64,000 nucleotides of DNA from an uncultured Verrucomicrobiae bacterium (GTDB lineage Bacteria > Verrucomicrobiota > Verrucomicrobiia > Chthoniobacterales > JAFAMB01): NCBI GenBank assembly GCA_963837955.1, contig CAWIPH010000002.1, positions 1-64,000 of the forward strand, read 5' to 3'. A model generated the notes under the pieces. The model had not been told where the DNA came from and made no database searches. It saw only the letters and a program-made list of their open reading frames with translations. The translations under genes were made by a program, and so were the position numbers. Below are positions 30,696 to 39,044 of this stretch, piece after piece. Within the stretch, counting starts at the first letter, position 1; each line of letters begins with the position of its first letter.

Positions 30696-31720
30696 GATTG
30701 ATCTTTAGTCTCGCGACCAGTCTCTTCTGAAATTTGCAAACTGACCTCATACCACCCGTTCTGGCGATTGGTGCTGAGCTCGATATTCCCTTGCAGGGCA
30801 ACCAATGCGGCGACGATGCGGCGTCCCAGACCGATGTTGTGTGCGTCGTCGGCATCTTCGAGCCGTATCTGATTCCTAATCGAGAGAATTGTGGCATCAG
30901 TCTCGGTTTGAACGGTCGCGTGAATCGTTCCCTTTCCATGGCGCAAACTGTTGGTCAGGAGACTATAGAGAATCTGTTTAAAATACCTTGGATCGGCGTT
31001 TATGGGCGCTTGCTTGGAAACGACCTCGATCAGTCGTTCCTGATCTCGAGCGAGTAAACGGAAATCTTCAGCGACGTCATTAAGCAGCTCTGCCAAGTCG
31101 AATCTTATTCGATCGGGCTTCAGATGTCCCTGTTCGGCCCGCGCAATGAGGAGGGCCTGTTCGACATGCATGGTTAGCCGGAGCAGCTCCGTTTGGATCT
31201 CCTCAGCTAAGTTAGGCTCGATCTTGTCGGCCGCCTCTTCGATCTTGAGCCGGATGATAGTCAAGGGGGCTCTCAGCTCGTGGGCGACTTGGGCTGAATA
31301 GCTCTGCAATTGGTGAAGAGTTAAGCTGACGCGGGATAGCAGGCCGTTGATGTGATTTTGGAGCTCCTGCAACTCGGGTTCATCCGTTTCTATGCGGACT
31401 TGAACCTGTAGGTTATGCGGTTCGATCGCGTCCAATTGATCGTTGAGCAAAACGATCGGCTTAAACGCGGTGCGGGTGACCAGCCAACCGGCACCAGCAA
31501 AAGCTGCCGCCACCAGGACGCCGTACGAGACCAAGAGAATCGGTGATAGTACGATCGATTTTCCTGGGCCTCCAGGTTGGACCGATGCTACGTCCGGATT
31601 GCTATTGGTGATACGCTGACTGTAAATCTGAAAATAAGCGGCCGTTCCGAAAAAGACCGCGGATACTCCGAGAAAGGTAAGCAAAAACCACAAGTAAATC
31701 CGCGACCAGAACGTCTTCAT
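30692..31720 (-). CDS. HAMP-containing sensor histidine kinase
   Basis: Two TM helices with a short loop, H-box VAHELRAPLT, N-box LLTNSLRHG; G1 box degenerate. Confidence 0.88.
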   Translation of the reverse strand: MKTFWSRIYLWFLLTFLGVSAVFFGTAAYFQIYSQRITNSNPDVASVQPGGPGKSIVLSPILLVSYGVLVAAAFAGAGWLVTRTAFKPIVLLNDQLDAIEPHNLQVQVRIETDEPELQELQNHINGLLSRVSLTLHQLQSYSAQVAHELRAPLTIIRLKIEEAADKIEPNLAEEIQTELLRLTMHVEQALLIARAEQGHLKPDRIRFDLAELLNDVAEDFRLLARDQERLIEVVSKQAPINADPRYFKQILYSLLTNSLRHGKGTIHATVQTETDATILSIRNQIRLEDADDAHNIGLGRRIVAALVALQGNIELSTNRQNGWYEVSLQISEETGRETKDQS

Positions 31721-32394
31721 GTGTCCGCTTTGCGCAGGGCAAATCCGACTCCACGCACGGTTTGCACAAGCGGAACCAAGCCGGGCAAATCAATCTTCGA
31801 GCGCAGGTGGTTCATATAAACGTTCACGACGTTGGTTTGAGAGTCGAAGAACTGATTCCAAACCCGCTCAACGATCACGGCTTTGCTTACCGGCTTTGGC
31901 GCGGTCATCATTAACACTTCCAGGAGCGCAAACTCCCGGTTAGTCAGCTCGATTACCTTTCCGGCACGCTTGGCCTGACGCGAAACGAGATCTAACTCGA
32001 GGTCCTCGAATCTCAGCAGATTGGAGGCTTGTGGCCTTTGCCGTCGCAAGAGCGCTCGGAGTCGAGCAAGTAGTTCGACAACCGAGAAAGGCTTAACCAT
32101 GTAGTCGTCGCCGCCGACGTCCAGGCCCCGCACTCTGTCCTCGATCTCTCCCCTGGCGGTGAGGAATAGGACCGGGGTCTGATTCTCTTTCCGGCGAAGA
32201 GATCGCGCAATGGTGAACCCATCGCGAATCGGCATCATGACATCCAGGATGATCGCGTCGTAAGAGTTGTTTTCCGCCAGCCAGAGTGCTTCGTCGCCGT
32301 CCTCGGCATAATCCACCGCGTATCCTTCAGCAGTCAGCGCCTGCTGAATATGCTTGCCGACCCTGATATCATCGTCAGCAAGAAGTATTCGCAT
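31717..32394 (-). CDS. OmpR-family response regulator
   Basis: MRILLADDD, ILDVMMP, GGDDYMVKPF, LTNREFALL, NVVNVYM..LRSKID, TVRGVGF. Confidence 0.95.
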   Translation of the reverse strand: MRILLADDDIRVGKHIQQALTAEGYAVDYAEDGDEALWLAENNSYDAIILDVMMPIRDGFTIARSLRRKENQTPVLFLTARGEIEDRVRGLDVGGDDYMVKPFSVVELLARLRALLRRQRPQASNLLRFEDLELDLVSRQAKRAGKVIELTNREFALLEVLMMTAPKPVSKAVIVERVWNQFFDSQTNVVNVYMNHLRSKIDLPGLVPLVQTVRGVGFALRKADT

Positions 32395-32443
32395 TGCTCC
32401 AATCTAAGACTAGGGATGCCGATCACAATGGACCGGATCGATC

Positions 32444-32680
32444 TTATTTCTTCGTAAGTATTTGAGTGGCGAGATCGAAGACATGGTACATGAACAACCC
32501 GACCATCAGAAGCAGATAGACTCGCAGGGAGATGAGTGACCAGCGTACGCTATTGGTCATTTCCATTGGCGGGAGATGATCGGACTTGAGCTTCTGCTCC
32601 GGAATATCGTCAAGCGGATGCACGACCAGGAAATAATTGTGTTCCTGCGGACTGGGTAGTTGAGTCGATGATAGAGCCAT
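32444..32680 (-). CDS. Small membrane protein downstream of the NRAMP-related transporter
   Basis: 78 aa with C-terminal TM helix (VRWSLISLRVYLLLMVGLFMY); AG-rich RBS; operonic position. Confidence 0.7.
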   Translation of the reverse strand: MALSSTQLPSPQEHNYFLVVHPLDDIPEQKLKSDHLPPMEMTNSVRWSLISLRVYLLLMVGLFMYHVFDLATQILTKK

Positions 32681-32708
32681 AGAGTTCCCTTTCTTAGGTG
32701 GTTTGGTT

Positions 32709-34034
32709 TCAGCTGCTGGTCGGGAATAGTTGCGGCGCCATGACTTGGGCGGCCAGGATCAACGAAAGAGCAAACAGGACGGTGATGATGGTCCAGTTGA
32801 TGATATTATTCCATCGCTTGTTGACCCATTCATCGCCGAGCAGCTTATGGTCGTTGAGCAGCAGCTGCAGGAAGATAATCGCCGAGGGGAGAATGATCCC
32901 GGCTAACACCTGAACGCCCAGGATAATCAATTGGAGAGGCGCTCCCGGGATCAGAACAATCGATGCCGCGAGTAAGGTGCAGACCGCGTAGATGCTATAG
33001 AAACCCGGAGCATCTTTGAACGACATGTTCAGGCTGTGTTTCCATCCTCGGACCTCGCTGTAGGCCCAAGCGCTGGACAAGGAGATGGCCGTAGTACCAA
33101 GGACGGCGGCGTTGCAAAACATTAGCAAAATGGCATTACGAACGAACTCGTTAGTAAACGGTAGGATCGCTTCGGCCATTTTTGCGGGATCCTCATAAGT
33201 CAGTCCGTGTTGGTGCGAGACATTGCCAACGATAATCATCGCTCCGGCCACCGTAACAGTGAAAGTAGCGCCAATTAACGTGTCCAAGCGTGCCCACTTC
33301 AGATCCGCAAAGCGCAGTTTTTTATCCGCGATACAGCTCTGCTGAAAGAAGAGCTGCCAGGGCGCGATCGTCGTACCGACAATAGCGATAACCAAGAAGA
33401 CAAGGTTCGGGGTGATGCCTCCTGGCGGGATGTTCGGGATGAGCGTGTGACGCACAACCGAGCTTGCGTGCGGGTGAGAAAAGAACGCGTTGACCAACCA
33501 AATAAGATCCAACAAGCAAAGTACGCACGTGATGCGCTCCCAACGTTTGTACCTTTGCGTTATTACGTGAATAACCAAGAGGATGGCTGCGATCGGCACC
33601 GAAATGTAGGGACTGATTCCCATTTGCTGAGTCGCCAAGGAAATCGCGGCGAATTCGGTTACGAGGGTTAGGAAATTGACTAGCAACAGGTCGAAGAGCG
33701 AGAAGCGGCCCCACCATTTACCAAATCGCTCGTAGATCATCGCGGCGTGACCCTTACCGGTGGCAATCCCTAACCGGACCACCATTTCCTGAATGAAGTA
33801 GCAGACCGGCAACAGCAGCAGCATCAGCCAGAGCAAATTGAGGCCGTACTGGCCGCCTGCTTGCGTATAGGTCGAGACGGCGCCGGCATCGTTGTCCGCT
33901 TCCATGACGATCAGGCCCGGGCCGAACACCATGAAAAAGGTAAGGATATTCCGCGCCCAGGTACCCTTCACTCGATACCCCCGGACCGGTGTGCGGAGTT
34001 CGTCCGCCGGTCCGCTCTCGGGCACCGGGCTCAT
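32709..34034 (-). CDS. NRAMP-related divalent metal transporter, probable Mg2+-type (NRMT)
   Basis: GPGLIVMEADNDAGAVSTY replaces the MntH DPGN motif; GTTIAPWQLFFQQS in TM6. Confidence 0.85.
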   Translation of the reverse strand: MSPVPESGPADELRTPVRGYRVKGTWARNILTFFMVFGPGLIVMEADNDAGAVSTYTQAGGQYGLNLLWLMLLLLPVCYFIQEMVVRLGIATGKGHAAMIYERFGKWWGRFSLFDLLLVNFLTLVTEFAAISLATQQMGISPYISVPIAAILLVIHVITQRYKRWERITCVLCLLDLIWLVNAFFSHPHASSVVRHTLIPNIPPGGITPNLVFLVIAIVGTTIAPWQLFFQQSCIADKKLRFADLKWARLDTLIGATFTVTVAGAMIIVGNVSHQHGLTYEDPAKMAEAILPFTNEFVRNAILLMFCNAAVLGTTAISLSSAWAYSEVRGWKHSLNMSFKDAPGFYSIYAVCTLLAASIVLIPGAPLQLIILGVQVLAGIILPSAIIFLQLLLNDHKLLGDEWVNKRWNNIINWTIITVLFALSLILAAQVMAPQLFPTSS

Positions 34035-34132
34035 TGAGCGCCTCCTTCTCTCAGTTCCACGATTGGATCGAGTCGGTAGTCCGGAACCCCGGCAGCTTGG
34101 TTGTCCTCCAGTGGCGTTCTCTCACGGCTCAT
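34031..34132 (-). CDS. 33-aa upstream ORF coupled to the transporter (not in ORF track)
   Basis: AGGGAG-N7-ATG; MSRERTPLEDNQAAGVPDYRLDPIVELREGGAQ*; its TGA overlaps the transporter ATG (ATGA). Confidence 0.55.
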   Translation of the reverse strand: MSRERTPLEDNQAAGVPDYRLDPIVELREGGAQ

Positions 34133-34233
34133 AATAATTCTCCCTGTTTAATTACGTTACGGAGCCGCGGGCGAAGCGGCGATAGCGACACAGGGCAATC
34201 TGCCAGAGCACGATAAATTTCCGGGAAGCCTGG

Positions 34234-34251
34234 GATTAAAAATTCTTAATC
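34234..34251. promoter_or_regulatory. GATTAA-N6-TTAATC palindromic box upstream of the Mg2+ operon
   Basis: GATTAAAAATTCTTAATC about 100 bp upstream of the leader ORF. Confidence 0.55.
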
Positions 34252-34264
34252 TTGGGCCAACGAC

Positions 34265-34447
34265 GTAGCTTGATCCTCCTGGCTCAGGGGGGCGCAGAGT
34301 GTGATTGGTGGGGCCTATCGGCAAATCTTCGGCAAAAATCCCCCCACCTCCCTCTCACTAATCACTAATTTAGTAAGCGGTCGGCGTACCTGGCGTATCC
34401 GATCTCCGGCATCGGCTCCCCGCTTACTAATCTAATCACTGATCACG
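34265..34447. mobile_element. Partial GTAG REPIN-like element (right REP missing) interrupted by a MITE
   Basis: GTAGCTTGATCCTCCTGGCTCAG, shared TATCGGCAA core and TCACTAA heptamers. Confidence 0.7.
34369..34431. mobile_element. 63-bp MITE with terminal inverted repeats and CTAA target duplication
   Basis: CTAA|TTTAGTAAGCGG...CCGCTTACTAAT|CTAA. Confidence 0.7.
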
Positions 34448-34497
34448 TTTCGGGGGAACGAAGGCGGGAGCAAGATGGACGCGCGGAGCGCATCCCG

Positions 34498-35355
34498 CTA
34501 CAGCCGTTCCAAATAGACTCGGTACGGCGAATCGGGTAGGCTGGAAACCAGCTCCCTGAATTGTGCTCGATTCAAGAAGCCCATTTCCAGGGCGACCTGT
34601 TCGATGCAGCCAATCTTCAATCCCTGCCGCTTTTCGATGGTTGCAATGTAATTGCCGGCCTCCAGCAGACTCTCGTGCGTTCCGGTATCCAACCAGGCTA
34701 CACCTTGTTCGAGAATTTTGACGGTCAACTCGCCTCCGAACAGATATGCACGCGCCAGATCGGTGATCTCGAGCTCGCCCCGATCAGAAGGTTCCAAATT
34801 TTCAGCAATTTCGACGCAATGCTGATCGAACAAGTACAGACCAGCTACCGCATAGTTGCTCTTCGGATGCTTCGGTTTTTCCTGCAGTCCCGTGGCTTGC
34901 CCGAACCTATCAAATTCAACCACGCCATAGCGTTCGGGATCGCTGACCGGATAGGCGAATATTGCGCCACCCTTGTCGATTCGTAGCGCTTCGCGCAAGA
35001 AGTCCAGGTTCCCGTGAAAGATGTTATCACCCAGGATCAGCGCAATCCCTTGATCACCAATAAAATCGCTCCCGACGATAAACGCATGTGCAATACCGGC
35101 AGGTTTCGCCTGTTCAGCATAGGCAATGTTTAGTCCAAGCTTTGATCCATCTCCGAACAGCTCTCGAAACCTCGGCAAATCTCGTGGCGTCGAGATGAGA
35201 AGGATGTCGCGGATGCCCGCTTGCATCAATGTGGCCAAAGGATAGAAGACCAACGGTTTATCGTAAACGGGAAGAAGCTGTTTGCAGACGACGTCGGTGA
35301 GAGGATGGAGCCGCGTACCGGCGCCCCCCGCTAGGACGATCCCTTTAGTAATCAT
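34498..35355 (-). CDS. rfbA: Glucose-1-phosphate thymidylyltransferase
   Basis: KGIVLAGGAGTRLHPLT, KQLLPVYDKP, LILGDNIF, EKP..PKSN, RGELEITD, WLDTGT. Confidence 0.95.
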   Translation of the reverse strand: MITKGIVLAGGAGTRLHPLTDVVCKQLLPVYDKPLVFYPLATLMQAGIRDILLISTPRDLPRFRELFGDGSKLGLNIAYAEQAKPAGIAHAFIVGSDFIGDQGIALILGDNIFHGNLDFLREALRIDKGGAIFAYPVSDPERYGVVEFDRFGQATGLQEKPKHPKSNYAVAGLYLFDQHCVEIAENLEPSDRGELEITDLARAYLFGGELTVKILEQGVAWLDTGTHESLLEAGNYIATIEKRQGLKIGCIEQVALEMGFLNRAQFRELVSSLPDSPYRVYLERL

Positions 35356-35373
35356 AGTTGGACCGAAGAGAAA

Positions 35374-35742
35374 CTCACGCCAAGCGGCGAAAGAATCTCA
35401 CGCAAAGACCCGGAGAATCTCACGCAAAGACGCAAAGACGCAAAGTTTTGAAAGGGAGTCCGGGCCGTCGAAAGCCACAGTGATTTGTGAGAAGTGATTG
35501 GTGATGGGGTGAAAATCCTCGCAAAGGTAGCGTAGCCTGATGCTCCGCCTCAGGAGATTGGCGCGCCTTGGATTCCTGAGGCGGAGCATCAGGCTACTCT
35601 GGCTTCGTTCCGCCCATAAAACGGCATCGACCGCATTGTCCGCTCAAACTTTGCGTCTTTGCGTCTTTGCGTGAGATTCGAATAAGGACCGGCGGGAGCC
35701 GATCCCTACCGGTCTTGGCGTGAGATTCTTCTTTGCGTGAGA
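35374..35742. repeat. Composite intergenic repeat: outer CTCACGCAAAGACGCAAAG inverted arms enclosing a GTAG REP doublet (35532-35597)
   Basis: Outer arms 35374-35445 and 35649-35742; inner perfect GTAGCCTGATGCTCCGCCTCAGGA inverted pair. Confidence 0.8.
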
Positions 35743-35744
35743 TC

Positions 35745-36191
35745 TCAAATCTCGAAGGCCATGACGGGACGCTCCCGGCTCTCATCGAGCATATCCTGGA
35801 TCGATTTATTGCCGAACAGCTCCCGGAGCATTTCCCGGGCTTGCCGGATTACCGGTCGAAGGGGGCAGCGGAGCGGATCCGGACATCCGCATCGATCGGC
35901 CGATCTATCCAAAGCACAAGGCAGAGGAGCGATTTCGCCATCCAACAGTTCGATGATCTGCAACATGGTCAATTCTGAGGCGCGTTTGCGCAGGGTATAG
36001 CCCCCGCCAACGCCACGTTTGCTTGAGAGAATGCCGTGGTTACGCAGGGCTAACAGAATTTGCTCGAGAAACTTAACCGGGATGTTACCTCGCTCGGAGA
36101 GCTCTTGAATCTGGTGAATTTTGCCGGGGGGATCTTGAGCGATAATGAATAAAGCGCGTAAAGCATACTCCGCTTTCCGAGAAATCCGCAT
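35745..36191 (-). CDS. Rrf2-family transcriptional regulator
   Basis: AEYALRAL, IP.KFLEQIL..L, S.RG.GGGY.L; Cys cluster PCALDRSADRCGCPDPLRC. Confidence 0.92.
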   Translation of the reverse strand: MRISRKAEYALRALFIIAQDPPGKIHQIQELSERGNIPVKFLEQILLALRNHGILSSKRGVGGGYTLRKRASELTMLQIIELLDGEIAPLPCALDRSADRCGCPDPLRCPLRPVIRQAREMLRELFGNKSIQDMLDESRERPVMAFEI

Positions 36192-36194
36192 AAT

Positions 36195-36490
36195 CTAATC
36201 TCTTCCGTTTTGAGCAGCCAAAGGTTCGCGGCCGTCAAATAGTCGCTCGTAGGTGGCAGCAATGACCCGCCAATCGTAATTGGCGCTGACGCTGACGCGA
36301 GCCGAATCACTCATCCGCTGCCATCGAGCAGGCGACTTCCAAAGCCGCACGATTTCTGCTGCGATCATTTCGCAATTCATCAATCGAGAAGAGTAAACCA
36401 TTTTCTTGATCTAATACCAGATCAACATTGCCTGGAATACGGCTGGCGACAACCGGTAGACCAGACGCAAGCGCCTCAAGTAGAATAACG
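36195..36490 (-). pseudogene. C-terminal remnant of a GT4 glycosyltransferase
   Basis: VILLEALASGLPVVASRIPGN.DLV....NGLL, then YDWRVIAATYERLF; upstream sequence is 9-mer repeat, no N-terminal domain. Confidence 0.75.
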
Positions 36491-36537
36491 CCGGGAACGC
36501 CGGGAACGCCGGGAACGCCGTTATCGCCGGGAACGCG
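36487..36537. repeat. AACGCCGGG 9-mer tandem repeat
   Basis: Three perfect units plus degenerate units. Confidence 0.8.
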
Positions 36538-36642
36538 AAAACCGTGAGAAGTGATTGGTAAGACGTGCGAGCCAAAACACCGCGGCTCTTGCACCTTTAG
36601 CCTGAATATCCCGTGTTCGGTGTTCGATCTGCAATTTGCTAT

Positions 36643-37863
36643 TTACGATGCGTGCGCGGCGGGTCTACCGAAGGCGGCCGCCCGAAGCGCCTCCTCGTAG
36701 CCGTCAGTGATTCTTTCGAGATCGAACTTCTCCGCTGCAGACCAGCTGGCTTCGCGAATCTGCCGAAGCCGGTTGGGGTTGGTAAGCAGATCTCTGAGCT
36801 TGATGATCCAAGCCCCAGGGTTCTCAAGCGGGAGCAGCCATCCGCTAACACCGTCGGTAACGGTGTCATGAAGCGTCGGTAAATCTGAGGCGACCACGGC
36901 GAGCCCGAACTTTAACGCCTCTAAAACAGCGACAGATAAACCCTCCACCTTAGAGGGGAGAAGAAAGATGTCTGCCTCAGAGAGAAGCTGGTCGACAGCC
37001 TGCCGTGGGACCCAGCCGTGAAAGCGGACCCGACCCGTCAAGCCAGATTGAGCGAGACCCTGTTCAAGCTTTGGGCGCTCTTCTCCGTCCCCGACGATGT
37101 CAAACTCCCAAGTCAGATCCCGTAAGCCGGAGAGGACAGGTATGATGTAGTCCAGGTTCTTTTGTGGATTGAGCCTGCCCACGAAGATAAGCCTCGGCGT
37201 GCTCCCCTTCCGATCAGCGAGAGGTGGGCGCCCATTGAGGGCGATACCATTTGAGATCACGGTAGGGCTACGTCCGTAGGCCCGGTACGATAAATCGGCC
37301 ACGAATTGGCTGACGGCGGTCACACCAGCAGCGCGTGACCAGATCGGCCAAATAGCCGGGCCGAGCCAGCGAAACAGATTGTTCGTTTGTTCCGGCACCG
37401 CGCCGGGGACGTCACCAAGATGCGCCGTGATCACATAAGGCAGTCGCCCCAAACTGGCTGCCGCCAAAGCCACGGCGCCGGTGGGAACCGCAAAGTGCGC
37501 ATGGAGGACGTCGGGCCTAAACTGCCTCAGATGGCCCAAAGTGGGACCAAAGCTTGTTACGACATATCCGCCCATTTCCAAGGGCGAGCAACGGTCAGGT
37601 CGAGAACGGAAACCCCAGGTTCGAAAAACCTCCACTCCGGCGTCAATTTCCTGGCTAGTCTGTCCGGCCAGACGCACCGTTTGAGCCCGAATATGATGAC
37701 CACGCCGGGCAAGGGCCTCTGCCACATCTTTTGCGACCCGGCCTCCGCCACCGCCGACAGGAGGCCACTCGTAGCACAGCACCAGAATCCGCAGCGGGCG
37801 CAGCGGATCCTGCGAGAGTGATGTATTGAGTTTTGAGTTTTGAGTTCGGGGTCTTGGGTCCAA
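36643..37863 (-). CDS. GT4 glycosyltransferase (start uncertain)
   Basis: RILVLCYEWPPVGGGGG, FVGRLNPQKN, FLLPSKVEGLSVAVLEA. Confidence 0.9.
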   Translation of the reverse strand: MDPRPRTQNSKLNTSLSQDPLRPLRILVLCYEWPPVGGGGGRVAKDVAEALARRGHHIRAQTVRLAGQTSQEIDAGVEVFRTWGFRSRPDRCSPLEMGGYVVTSFGPTLGHLRQFRPDVLHAHFAVPTGAVALAAASLGRLPYVITAHLGDVPGAVPEQTNNLFRWLGPAIWPIWSRAAGVTAVSQFVADLSYRAYGRSPTVISNGIALNGRPPLADRKGSTPRLIFVGRLNPQKNLDYIIPVLSGLRDLTWEFDIVGDGEERPKLEQGLAQSGLTGRVRFHGWVPRQAVDQLLSEADIFLLPSKVEGLSVAVLEALKFGLAVVASDLPTLHDTVTDGVSGWLLPLENPGAWIIKLRDLLTNPNRLRQIREASWSAAEKFDLERITDGYEEALRAAAFGRPAAHAS

Positions 37864-38226
37864 GGTGCCTCTGCCGTCCTATTCGGCCGAAGATTGTTTT
37901 TTCGCGAGAAATTTTAGTTCCTGGCTTGATACCATCTAGGATTTGCGCGGCACAGGAAGCACATAGGCATCAAGCTAACCTGCGGTAATGCTGCCCCTGA
38001 TCGGTAGGGCGAAAGCTTGAGGCGGTATCGGCCGCCTCGGCTTGAGCCGTCTCTCGGCTCCAACGCACCGGTTTTAACCACTTTCATCCTGCTCTCAGAA
38101 AATGGGACGAGAAAGATTGATTCCCGCGTGCGGCTCAAACCCGGCGCGAACCACGCAAGCAGACATTGCAACGCCTTCCACGCGCCGAAGTTTTCGCCCT
38201 ACCAATTATGCCTGACGCTCGCAGCC

Positions 38227-38773
38227 CTAAATCTTACGCAAACGAGCGGCGAGGACCGCAGTGCTACCGCTCACGATGGCAATGAGTGCGATGATCCAGC
38301 GGATGCCGAAAATCGCCACTGCGGACTGGCCAAGAAATACAAAAAGCAAAAATACCAAAAGCAACCATCCAATCGCTCCGATGGAGCTTACGATCAGAAA
38401 CTTCGGGGTCGGATACCTTAACAAGCCGGACACAATAAGAAGCGCGGTGCGCGTTCCGAGAACCAATCGGCTAAAAATAAGCGTGAATCCGCCGTATCGC
38501 TCAAACCAACGCGATGCTCGATGGGTTTTATGCAGCGGTAGTAGTCGCTGAGCCCAGCGCGATTCCAAAACGCGCCTTCCACCAAGGTACATTACTCAAA
38601 TAGATCCCGATATCGCTCACCCACATTCCCAAAAAACATGCGGCAAATGTCAGCCAATAAGGAAATACACCGTTGTAACCCAGCAACGCGCTGCTCACCA
38701 CAGCCGAATCTTCCTGGACGAATGCCAGGAAAAACAAACCAATCAAAACAGAGTAATTGGGGTGATCCATCAT
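38227..38773 (-). CDS. DedA/VTT-domain membrane protein, one frameshift
   Basis: FVQED.AVV, GMWVSDIGIY in ORF 38528-38773; WFERYGG...SRLV.GTR in ORF 38227-38592. Confidence 0.8.
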
Positions 38774-38857
38774 GAGCTGAGCTTTAGCCTCTTTGGGCGA
38801 GCGGATCCTTCTTCAATTCGTCCTTATAGTCGTCGATGCGTCGAATTACCCCTGATG

Positions 38858-38975
38858 GGGAGGGCACGCGTCCTCGCGCGCCGTCGTTGTTTCACCCAGG
38901 GACGAAACCAGACGATGGAACGCAGATGTCAGCATCGTGGGTTAGGCAGCGGATTGCGGGGACGCAATCCCTCCC
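38858..38975. repeat. GGAG-footed REP doublet
   Basis: GGGAGGGCACGCGTCCTCGCGCGCCG ... CGGATTGCGGGGACGCAATCCCTCCC. Confidence 0.65.
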
Positions 38976-39044
38976 GGTGTTTACTCGTTGGATCGCCCTG
39001 GGAATCGAGGACGACGACGAGGACGAGAACGAATATTCTCGCAA

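Noticed and set aside
34135..34260. M-box or yybP-ykoY riboswitch upstream of the metal transporter
   Set aside because: Consensus segments are not recognisable and the space is short; cmscan would settle it.
37966..38025. HDV-like or hammerhead-like fold (TCAAGCT...GGCGAAAGCTTGA)
   Set aside because: The L3 loop does not match UYCNCGY and there is no CUGANGA core; probably incidental hairpins.
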